Below the pieces are notes generated by a model. It did no database searches. It worked only from the letters and a program-made list of their open reading frames with translations, and had not been told where the DNA came from. A stretch of DNA of 64,000 nucleotides, taken from contig NC_045138.2 in NCBI RefSeq assembly GCF_008831285.2, forward strand, positions 35,588,001 through 35,652,000, read 5' to 3'. The DNA comes from Nymphaea colorata (taxonomy: Eukaryota). Below, one piece after another: positions 53,636 to 64,000 of the stretch (within the stretch, counting starts at the first letter, position 1; every line of letters begins with the position of its first letter). The translations under genes and the position numbers were made by a program.

Positions 53636-55811
53636 GGGTTAAAATGCATTCTTCTAATGCAGGAGATTTGGGAAAATTGTTGGTGTATTAGACAGAAGTA
53701 ATTGTGATTGATTGTTGCACTGAGTACTGTTTTTTCAAATGAAATGTGTCTTTCATCCCTTGTGCACTGCTCCAACATGGCTATGAAAGCCAATTGATCT
53801 GCAAAGATTGCTGTGTGAGTTTCTGAAGAAATTTGTACAAAACTAAGCCACTTCTCTTTTAAGTGTATCTGCATCATGGGTGCCCTGCTTTTTCTTCAAA
53901 TGTGATTTTCTTAATGTCCCATCTGTCTTTTTTGTTTTTTGTTTCTTCCTCAGCATTGTTTGGACATTTGCTTCATCCTTCAAGGTGTTGAATAAAACGT
54001 GTTTTGTTGAGAGGCTATCCTGAGTGTCCATCAGATCCTTGTACTCTGTCAACTCTTCCTCTTCTTTTGCTTTGTTAGTTTTTTTGATACACAGAGCCTT
54101 CAAGTGCCCGAGTATGATCATCCTGTTCTTGTCGGTCTCTATTCTGAATTGGACTCTCAAATATGCTGGTTTCTTCTTCATGGCCATGTGGCTATCTTCC
54201 AAGTGCATGCACAGAGCATTTATCTGTTGATGAAGAGTTTTGAGAGTTGGTGGGTGGTTAAACGTTTTGGAATCTACAATTGCGGTTTGGGTCAGTGCAG
54301 GATCTGTTATAGCCAAAAGTTGCAAACTCATGCACAATCCATCCCCACGTGCAAATTTACGTTGTTGCTAGGAATTTCCTTCTGGAATCTTTTTTTTTTT
54401 TGTTTAGCTAATGCCAGTATCACTTGTCTTCAGCTGATCATGATTTTTAACTGTGTTTGTCCAAGGTATGATTAGTTAAAGAAGTCTTTCTTTTAGATTC
54501 ATCCCTTACTGGCAGTTTAACAAAATTCATGCTTCTTTTTATTGCTGTTAAGTGTTAACGAGTCTATGTTTGCTCGTTAAGTGTTGCTATCTCTCTCGTG
54601 GTTAAATGTATTTATTGGTTACTTTTCATTCGACTTAAGTATCTCACTACAAAGTCGGGCTGAATTTATCACCCCAAGGAAGGCCAGTATGAATGCGTTC
54701 ATCGCCTATAAATCAAACCGGTCACTTCTGAAAAGCTTACTAAAGGAAGCAATATTTCTCAGAAAGAGGCGCTTACAACTGCTGCTGGTACCGGTTGACC
54801 TGCTTAAAGCTTTTATTTGTGAGAGGCCAAGATTCAAGAAACGTTGATGCCCATGATGCTTCTCCAACTTATTAGAGATGCTTGATTGTTTCGTCCTTAC
54901 ATGAAAAATAGGTTTTATAACTGAGAATGTTATTACTTGTTTATAGCTTGTTTTCACTTTTGGGGCCCTGATGTTGCTGTGACATTTGCATTCATTTGCA
55001 TTGCCGATGAAGTGGATAATGTAACTTCATTCTTAAAATCATATTGCCACCTTCCACTTCCTTTGAACAAAAGATTGCTTCTCTCTTTGCACGGCAAATA
55101 ACGGCGGAAAAGTCGAATCTGTTTTCAACCTGTGATCTTGTAACTTCATAACCGTATTTTGCCAATGCATGGAACCGTGGTTTTTTCTATGTACAATTTG
55201 ATATTCTCATCAAATAAAAAGAATTTTCTACCACCGATAGACCCCGTCCGGGTAACACGATTTAATTACATCTTACTAAACAGCCATTGGTATTGCCGTG
55301 AGGATTTAATTTCCTTTTGCCTGAAGTAATTCTCCCTTTCTGCGTTCGTCCTTGGCAGGGCATCCACGTCCATCTTAACTTTTCACCCTTTTTCATGGTG
55401 GAGAAATCTTACCATTTATTTGATGGGAGGTGAGGGACCTGTCTGCCCTGGTTTCAAGTATTTCTGCGACGATCTTCTTTCTAATAACGTGAAATATCAA
55501 TGGTGATGATCTCGTAGACCTCGGAAGACATTTAAATGACCAAATGCCAGAAGGTGCAGGGTGTGTTGGTATGAAAAATGTTGAAAAGAACTCACTGCAG
55601 TGAAGGTAAAAAGTTTGTTCTTCAATTTTCTGTAGGACGGTGCTTGATTGGCTGAAAAAAAATATTGAGAACTGAACATCTTCCTATATGAACGGAAAGT
55701 GAAAAATTTCATGGAAAGAATTTAAAGCTTTTAACAGGTGAAGACTTAAGGGTGTACAAGAAAAGTGAATCTTGTGTCATCAATGATAAGCACATTGTAC
55801 TCTTGCAACCA

Positions 55812-55820
<9 letters not shown>

Positions 55821-55874
<54 letters not shown>
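55821..55874. repeat. (AT)n microsatellite
   Basis: Directly visible. Confidence 0.95.
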
Positions 55875-55877
<3 letters not shown>

Positions 55878-57538
55878 AAAATTACATTGTATTTCTTTTG
55901 TTAAAATCTGTAGCTGTCACTCATATCATATCATTTGTTCTGAAACAACAACATGAAAATCTTGTGTGACGTATTTCCCAAATATAACATTCTTCTTATC
56001 AAACATTTTGTTAAAGCCACTTCTATCTCTTCATCCCTTTGGTCGCTGACCTTGAAAATATAAAGATCATGCTCAATGTTGCCAAAAGCTTGTTTGGATC
56101 AATTCCGTATTGCCTCTACAAATTTTAGGTTTTTATTAAAAATGAACAAGGGACATTTAATTGGATACGTTTGTAAATTGCCTACACAACTATAGAAGAA
56201 GATAAAAACACTCCGTGAGAGTTTAAGGTAGATTCATATAGACCTAATATTTGAGAAATCTGCTCCAATCTTCAGGGTAGATTCATGGAATACACTTCCA
56301 ATATTCCTTTTTCAAATGCCTTCTAATACGAGCATTTCACTCCATCGCTTTCTTGGCAAGGAGGAAATGGCCTTTGCCAACAGAGGCTTTACCTGTTTTA
56401 GGGTTTTGAGTTTGAAGGCCTTCAAATCCAAAACGCAGAGGTCAAAGACTTCAACGTTCAAGGGTGCAGCTGGCCTAGCAAAAATTTGACGGGGTACTCG
56501 GATATTTTTATTCAGCTAGGAAAATGTCGCTTTCTAGAAAGTACGCTTCGAAAATTGGAACTTTGATGCTTTCATCAAAAGCGAGGCTGCTTAGGGAGGC
56601 ACCATTTCGTCCTTTTGCAGGGGGGAGCACCCGCTTCTCATTTAACTCAACTTGTAGATTCTCTCCAAGCTCCTCTTATCCTCATCTTGCTTTTAACTTA
56701 TCTCCAGTTGTTTAATACGTTTTATATACTTTTGTATGGTACAACTTTCTGGCATATATCCGTTTGCGTATATACTTGTTTATAAACATTTTTGAGCTTC
56801 CCTGATTCATGGCAATTTTTGGAGCTTCCTTTCTCTGCTTCTCCTTCTCTATATAGTCTCCAATCCATTTCCCTTTTCTTAAGAAAATAAACATAACATT
56901 TGACAACCCATTCAACTAAAAATCCCCGGTTCAACTTTCGATTCTCTACAAACTCACTTAGTTCTCTTGCTTGATTGCTCGCCCACACAAACTTCACTGA
57001 AGCGAGGAAGAAAGAAAAAACTGCAGGGCACGTCTGTCCAACCTGCACTTAGCAGACAGCTGACCTTATAAAATAAGGGAAAGAACTGCCATTTTGAGGC
57101 AAGCATCATTACCTTCACTGCATTGCACGTGGTGTTCCTTCTGCTGGGGCCCTGAATGGCTTTGCCCACTCGAGGCAGAGGAGACCAGGCGTGTGATCTC
57201 TTCAACCTTCTTTTTTTCAAGGGGATGGATGCCTCTTGGGTGTGCCATGTGGCTCAACCCCCTTGATTCTCATGTGATGGGGAGTCGATTCCTTTGTCTA
57301 TCTTGGTTCACACAAAAGCATTCCCGGATTTGCATATTCTTTGTTATTTTTCCTTAACCTTTTATTGGGCAAGCATTTTTTGTTGTTCTGATTACGCAGA
57401 AAGGATCGTTGAAGGCCTCCCCTCAATTATATTTTATTACAGCTGATGTATTCTGTTCAAAAGTTGTGCTTCCAATAAATAATGCCTCATTTCAAGGGGG
57501 AAGAAATGAGACTTCTTTTTCTCTCCCTTCCCCAGTGG

Positions 57539-57540
<2 letters not shown>

Positions 57541-57575
<35 letters not shown>
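57541..57575. repeat. (CT)n microsatellite
   Basis: Directly visible. Confidence 0.95.
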
Positions 57576-57580
<5 letters not shown>

Positions 57581-59972
57581 TGATGCTTGTACGGGCTTAG
57601 TGCTTACCGAAGATAGGGAATGGGACGGGTTTGTGTTTGAACTTTGATGCTTTACTTAGAGATGGGCGTCATTCTTGGGAGGAGTTCCATCAATGGAGAA
57701 CCAGAGTTTCGATTTTCTAGAGGCAATTTCAGCAACTTGATTCTTTCGTCATCTCCAACTCTTTTCAAAACCATAGGTTGCGGTCTTTAGCTAATAAGGA
57801 TACAATAAGAACTTGATAAAAGGCCCTCAGTCATTAGAATTGATATCAACTCGCCTGAGTAGGCTTCGCACACGCGGTGGTTTGGTCAGCAGTAGGTAGG
57901 CAGTTAGCCATCGGTTCAAATCTCAAAGGTATCTCATGACTGCGTTAGATCCTTAGAAATGGCCTAAAGGGATTTATATCCGGAGCATGGACACCTGACC
58001 TGAGTCCAGCCCACTAATAGCAGGGCCCTGCCCTGACAACCTTGGAAATAAGAGGTCTTTAGAGCAAAAGAGAACCCATGAAAACAGCTGCATATTTTAT
58101 GTTGGTCAGATTCCAAACTTTCTGAGTGCTCATCTTCACAAAAAGGTCATGTAGATTATTATTCCACAAGGTGTAAGAAAACACCCATGAATTGAAGTTG
58201 GCTTTCAAGTGCAGGCGCTGCTTTTGTGCGACAGTTTTCACTCTCATGAGATAGAAAGCTAAAGGGGAAAGGGAACTTTGATCTTCTTACCTCCTGGAAA
58301 AGGTGAGGTTGCAATTAGTAAATGTTGCAATCCGCTTCAAAGGTCCTTTTGAAAGGCATGCATGAGAGTGAAAGCGTACGCATTAGGGTGAAAGCATATG
58401 CTTACCGTACTTTGTCTCTTTGATATGACATAACTACCGATGCTTAATAATGGGGCGGCACATGCTGTGAAATGAAGCAAGCAACACTTTTTATTTATTT
58501 AAACTTGACCCTGTTAGCAGCTTTTGCCGCTGGGGAGCTCTAACCTACTTTGGAAGCTAAAGGTTAGAAAAAGTGAGACAGAGAGGGAGTTGTTCTTGTG
58601 TTTGCTTATATATTTTGAATGCATGTTCGTAAAATACATGATTCAAGAATTCAGTATAGTTTTTAGAACGGTTGATGTGCTTATGAATGTTGGCGTTAAA
58701 TCTAACAACCAAATGCTAGATGTAACCATATCATGTTTTCTAAAACAAAAATAACGCAGTTGTGGAACAAGTGCTATAAGAACATGGGTTTCAAAAACAT
58801 AATGTTCTTCTCATAGAAGAGTCTTTCCAGGATCATATTGTCAAGTTTTACTACGGAAAAGAGTAGAGTAAATAGCTAGTATTGCATATTTACTTAGGCT
58901 AAAGCAACAGAAAACTATCTCTTCACTTTTGAAATATAAAAAAAAGTTGAAAATGTGATCGCTTCTTCCCCGAATTCTTTTTCAAATATGATTTGTCCCC
59001 AGTGTGAATTATCGAATTTCAGACCGAGAGATGGCTCACACAGGGTGTCAAAGTTCTCCAAAGTCTCTTATCAGGGGGGAAAGAAAAACGAAGAAAATGG
59101 GGTTTTTTTTTCCTAATTTTTGATGTTATTGGCATTATCTAGTAGATAGTCTACTAGTAAGATGACAGTACATATATTTTAGATAAAATAATACATCGAA
59201 GATATATGTGAACTCTAAGTTTTATATATTTTATCAATTACAGCAATGAAAGAACCGTTCTCTTCCCCAGTTATAAAAAAAAAAAATCACGAACTCCCGG
59301 CTCAGATCCATAAGAAGTAGAATATATGTCGGTGCTCTTGTGACAATACGGCAGAAAGCTGAGTCATGCATGTAGGCTGGTAGACAAACACCGCCTAGGA
59401 TTTTACGTAAAGTTTTAATTTAGATGTTGGTGAATCATGAAACCATGAGCAATATAGGAAAACCTTTCACAGTATACTTAATTTTAAACTGCAAATGGAG
59501 AAAGAAACTTGGGTCTCTGGTTGTTACAAAAATGCACAAAAACTTCACACACTCTTCTTTGTTTAAGTTTATTAGAATTGAATCGATACTTACCGTTCAG
59601 ATGACATAGGGAAACTCCTTTTGGTCTAAGTCGAGCAGGCCAGAGGACTCAACTTGAGTCAATTTTAACCCGATCTAACTGGAGGGAAACCGTGTTTAGT
59701 AATTTATGAGAAGAAAACCGATCTGTCTTTTAGGCAAAGTTTAACTTATATAGTTCTATGGCTGTTGTTCAAACTTTTTGCCATTTGCTTTGAAAACTTG
59801 TCCATACTGAGCTTTCCTATGCGCTACATTGGAGTGAGCAATTACCACTTTGAAAACTGTCATATGTGGTGTACCCAATTTGGGGCGCTGGATCCAGAAA
59901 AAGGTGATGCTTGACTAATCATAGCTCTTTATCCTGATTGGCCCAAATTTCCCAGTGATCTTATCAGGTGCA

Positions 59973-60003
<31 letters not shown>

Positions 60004-62274
60004 TATATGTATGTATGTATGACAAGGAAGTTCGTGGAAATGGTTAATGTGTGATTTAACTTTTTTTTTTTTCAAATGATACGGGAGTATTATCTTGTGA
60101 AAGTCAAATTCATGTGGCCTTATTGATATAATTTTGTAATCTTAAGATATGAAATGAAGTGGAAACATTAATTGGTCGCTCGCATTCAAACTTGTGCCAC
60201 CAGAGAAAAAGAAGTTTTGTAAGATAGCAATCTGACTTCCTTCTTGATCACTCGCCACTTGAGCATGGGCATGGCACTTGGGTGTGCAATCAGTTTGTAC
60301 AGGCCGCAAGTGAACCGAATCATGCTACTCAAGGCATGTGCTCACCCTCGATGAAACACAGCCATGGGTGCGATTATCAGTAGATCTCCATGTGTTCGGG
60401 AGCTAACGATCTTAAAATAAAGAGAATTTTCTATTTTCAGGTCTACTTTTCGTGATCTTTTATAAGCTAAAGAGAAACCGGGAAAATAACATTTTCTTGA
60501 AACAAAACGAACCATGTGATGGTGTTTTTCTTTAAATAAGCAAGCAGACGGATAAGTGGTCAGGAGTTCCCATAGAAAGGGAAAAGCCTATGATACGAAC
60601 TGTATGAATAAGAACCGAGAACAGAAGAAAATAAATGTGAGGCGACTTCAGTGGGCACATATGCTGTTGAGTGAAAGGCAAACATCCGGTGTAACTGCAG
60701 TGGGTGCTTCATCAGCAGCAGAAGCAACAGAGAGGAAGAAATGCTTCATTTAGGGCCGAACCTTTTCATTTTTACTTAAATTTGAGTCCGAAAGTTAAGC
60801 ATTTTTTGTATGTGGCGCCATGGCTCTCTTGAAACTGCTATTAAATTCTGACACCTCGAGAGAATGACAAAGGTTGATGCTTTTTGGAATTGTATATTAC
60901 TAGGACTTAGCTCATTTGGCTACGAAATCATATTAAACACCATATTGAATAGGTAGCTATTAATTTCACTGTTTTCTAACAACAGAATGGGAATGACCAG
61001 ATCTTCCTTTCTCAAGATCTTTCATTTGAACTCATACCTTGTCTTTACGTAGTCAATACATATTTTCACAGAACGACTGGATCTCATATTAAAAAAAAAT
61101 CCAAGTAAAATAAACAGGGACCAGGGTATTGTTCCGGAGCCGGTAAGCTATGAATCTTTCGTAAAAACTGGTTCCCGAGAATCTGCCAAAAGAACAAATT
61201 TTGCTTCTCGTTCTTGGGATTCATGGTGCAAAACTTACTTTCAGCAGAGAGAAACTATTATATTACCGATGTATGTCTGCGATGGAGGTTCATGGTACGT
61301 CTTGCATCGTCCAACGATCTCTCTCTCACTCTCAGAGACGGGGAGAGAGAGAGGCATCTCGTGGGGCGCTCCTAGGAGCATTCCCCCTTTGCCTTCGCCG
61401 CCAAAAGAGGGAGTCCTGAGTGGTTCTCCCTCTTCTCTTGTGCCGTACGTCTTCTCACAGACTCCACCACCCCTCCTCCCCCTCTTCTCCCATCTGCCCG
61501 CATTTAGCATTGACTCAGAGAGAACGCCAGTGAGCAAGGATCCTGCGGTGCTCTTTCTTATTCTTTCTTTTCCCTTTTCCTTTTCCTATTAAAAGCGAGA
61601 GCAAGATGGTCGTTTGTGATAAAACTAATGAACCAGGTTGACTCTCTCTCTCTCTCTCTTGTTAACTTGTATAACTCGTTAGAGGAAAGTGTATAAGGTA
61701 CCAGCTGTTTTCTGGGGTCCCAATCAAAGTGGGGTACCTTGTGAGCGTCCAATCTAATTTGTTCTTAGTGGGGTTTTTGAGATGTTGGAGACAAGGCACT
61801 GGGTTTCCTTTTCCTCTTTTTCGTGCTTTTCTACGGATAACTTTTACAGTTTTACTATTGATTTTAGAGAATAACCTTAAAACACAAGTAAATATGCCAC
61901 CTATTGTTCCTTTTGCTTAGCGAAAATTCTTCTTCTGATAAATAAGTTATTGCTCCGAGTGTTTTGAGTTCCGGCGATTTGGAAAAACTTCATGCTTATG
62001 AAGATGGCGAATGTTTATTGTTGTTCATACAGTCTAACAAGTGCCCCTGTCAGATTGTAAGGAGGAATTCTTCTGAGTTATAGTGTTTACGTCCTCTGGA
62101 GTTTGGAGGTGTGAAAGATTGTTTGTGTAACTTGGGTGACAAAGGCATGATCACTTTCCGGTTGGGACATCACATATTATAGGGGCAATTATTTCAAGGT
62201 GCTCTTTTTGCTCTTTTGAATCTGAGATGCTATACTTGTGGACTTTCGAAGAGATTGGGAGTAGGAGCCATTAA

Positions 62275-63291
62275 ATGGGGTTTCAGGCAATGGCTTCACC
62301 AAAGGAAGGAGGACAATCACCATGGGTTCAGGCTTTGGTTCCGCAGGGTTCTCTTTATAATCTTACACTAGATGAGGTGCAGAACCAGCTGGGAGATCTA
62401 GGGAAACCCCTGAGCAGTATGAATATGGACGAGCTACTTAAGAACATCTGGTCGGCCGAGGCGAATCAATCATTGGCTTTCTCCATGGAGAATCACAGTC
62501 AGGCGGGCCCGAAATCGGTTTCCGTCATATATGGCTTGCCCCAACAGGTGAGCTCAAACCTCACCCACGAATTGAGCAAGAAGACTGTCGATGAGGTGTG
62601 GAGAGACATTCAGCAGTTGCAGAGGAATAATAACAATGAGAAGCAAGTGCAAGACCAGCAACTTTCTGTGGGGGAGATGACATTGGAGGACTTCTTAGTG
62701 AAGGCGGGAATCGTCTCCGAAGCCGGCACTAAAAATGGAGGTAGTCGGAAGGGCGTGGAGCATTTGGAGATTGGTCATGGTGGTGGCAGTGCTGCTAGTG
62801 TGTTGGGAATCAATCCAATTGTTAGTCAGAATTTTCAGAGACAGAGCCAGTGGCTAATCACGTCCTCCAGTAGCCAACAGCTGGTTGAGCCAAGAGACCA
62901 AAATTTGATTGGTGCTTATATGCCTAACCACCCAATCTCTGCGCCATTGCCCGCCACCGCTGGTCCAGTTATGGAGATGATGTTTACTGACAACGATCAA
63001 ATGGCAGAGGCACAGTCACCAAACCGGAAAAGGTTTGCTTGTGGTGAAGTGATTGAGAAAACAGTTGAGCGAAAACAGAAGAGGATGATTAAAAACAGAG
63101 AATCTGCAGCTAGGTCGCGTGCCAGGAAGCAGGTGACGTCGTAATTCTCTTTTGCAGCCTTTTTGAATTTTCTGCAGTGCATCTCTTCTCTAACGCCATT
63201 TTCCTTTTTACCCTCACAGGCCTATACAAATGAGTTGGAGAACAAGGTTTTGCGTCTGGAGGAGGAGAATGAGATGCTTCGACAGCAGAAG
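62275..63291 (+). CDS. AREB3: Group-A bZIP transcription factor, ABI5-like 2 / AREB3-DPBF3 type; exons 62275-63132 and 63220-63291, canonical last exon not in the window
   Basis: C1 SLYNLTLDEVQNQLGDLGKPLSSMNMDELLKNIW, C2 LSKKTVDEVWRDI, C3 GEMTLEDFLVKAG, and basic-zipper KRMIKNRESAARSRARKQ|AYTNELENKVLRLEEENEML with the conserved phase-0 intron after RKQ. Confidence 0.88.
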
Positions 63292-64000
63292 GTGAGCGAT
63301 GTTTTCCTAATGGGTGTGTGTGTGTGTATCTATACGAAGATTCATGGTTCATTCTCTTGGACTGCTACCAAGGCAGTTTACTTTAAAGCAAAACCCAATG
63401 CTATGTTCTAAGAGGTGCCACTTTTAAAATTCTATAGTGCATCATATCTTTGCATCAGTTCCTGCAAAAGCTAAACTGATTGGACAGTTCCAAGCAAAAG
63501 ATTTACTCCATTATCTGGGATTGTCTTCCCATTCATGGTTGTTGACCACACCAACCACACGGCACACGTGCATATGTAGACATGTATGTGTGTAATATGA
63601 CGGGTATTTCTAAGTCCTCATCCTTGATTAAATGTAATAGATGTTAAATTGAATTTGTCAAGTTTCCATTCAAGTTGTGCGTTTGTATGGCCTTGCATTC
63701 ATTGTCTGCAGAGTCAGACGTGCTGTCAGCAAACGTAGCCTTTTTCGTTTTTCTTCTTTTCTTGTTTGCAGGAATGACCTGAAGACATTTGACATCCCAT
63801 GTATGATGTATTTGTTTTAGTTTACGACCTTTGCCTTCAGAATTTCTTAAACATCCAAGTGCCAGAATGTAGCTCTCATGGTAATCCATTTCATGAAAGT
63901 GTTCAAAGAGCTTATTTTTTAATTAGTTTTGATGTCTTATTAGCCTCACATATTCATCGACTTGAATCTTGTTCTTGGGGAAAGCCAACTTGTGCATGAT

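Noticed and set aside
1..64000. CRISPR arrays, rRNA/tRNA genes, organellar insertions, intact retrotransposons
   Set aside because: None was recognised by eye; the sequence is ordinary gene-rich plant euchromatin.

Overview
Angiosperm nuclear genomic DNA with intron-rich genes, GA/AT microsatellites and MITEs; no prokaryotic features, rRNA, tRNA or CRISPR were seen. Eight protein-coding loci were reconstructed by hand from GT-AG junctions and reading-frame phase: the 3' end of an ELMO/CED-12 domain gene (+), a WRINKLED1-type double-AP2 transcription factor (-, with the 9-nt VYL microexon), an uncharacterised coiled-coil protein (-), a 944-aa putatively secreted Trp/His-repeat beta-propeller-like protein (+), a LARP1-type La-motif/DM15 RNA-binding protein (-), two tandem UBA2-type RRM genes with intronless CDS (+) and a group-A bZIP of the AREB3/DPBF3 type (+, runs off the window). 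Four observations stand out. The LARP1 DM15 domain has replaced both cap-stacking tyrosines and other 5'TOP-contacting residues. The bZIP lacks the -3 Arg at all three SnRK2 phospho-motifs. Both UBA2 genes have a splice donor directly abutting the stop codon. WRI1 has a tandemly duplicated core promoter. Family assignments come from recalled motif similarity, not from database searches.
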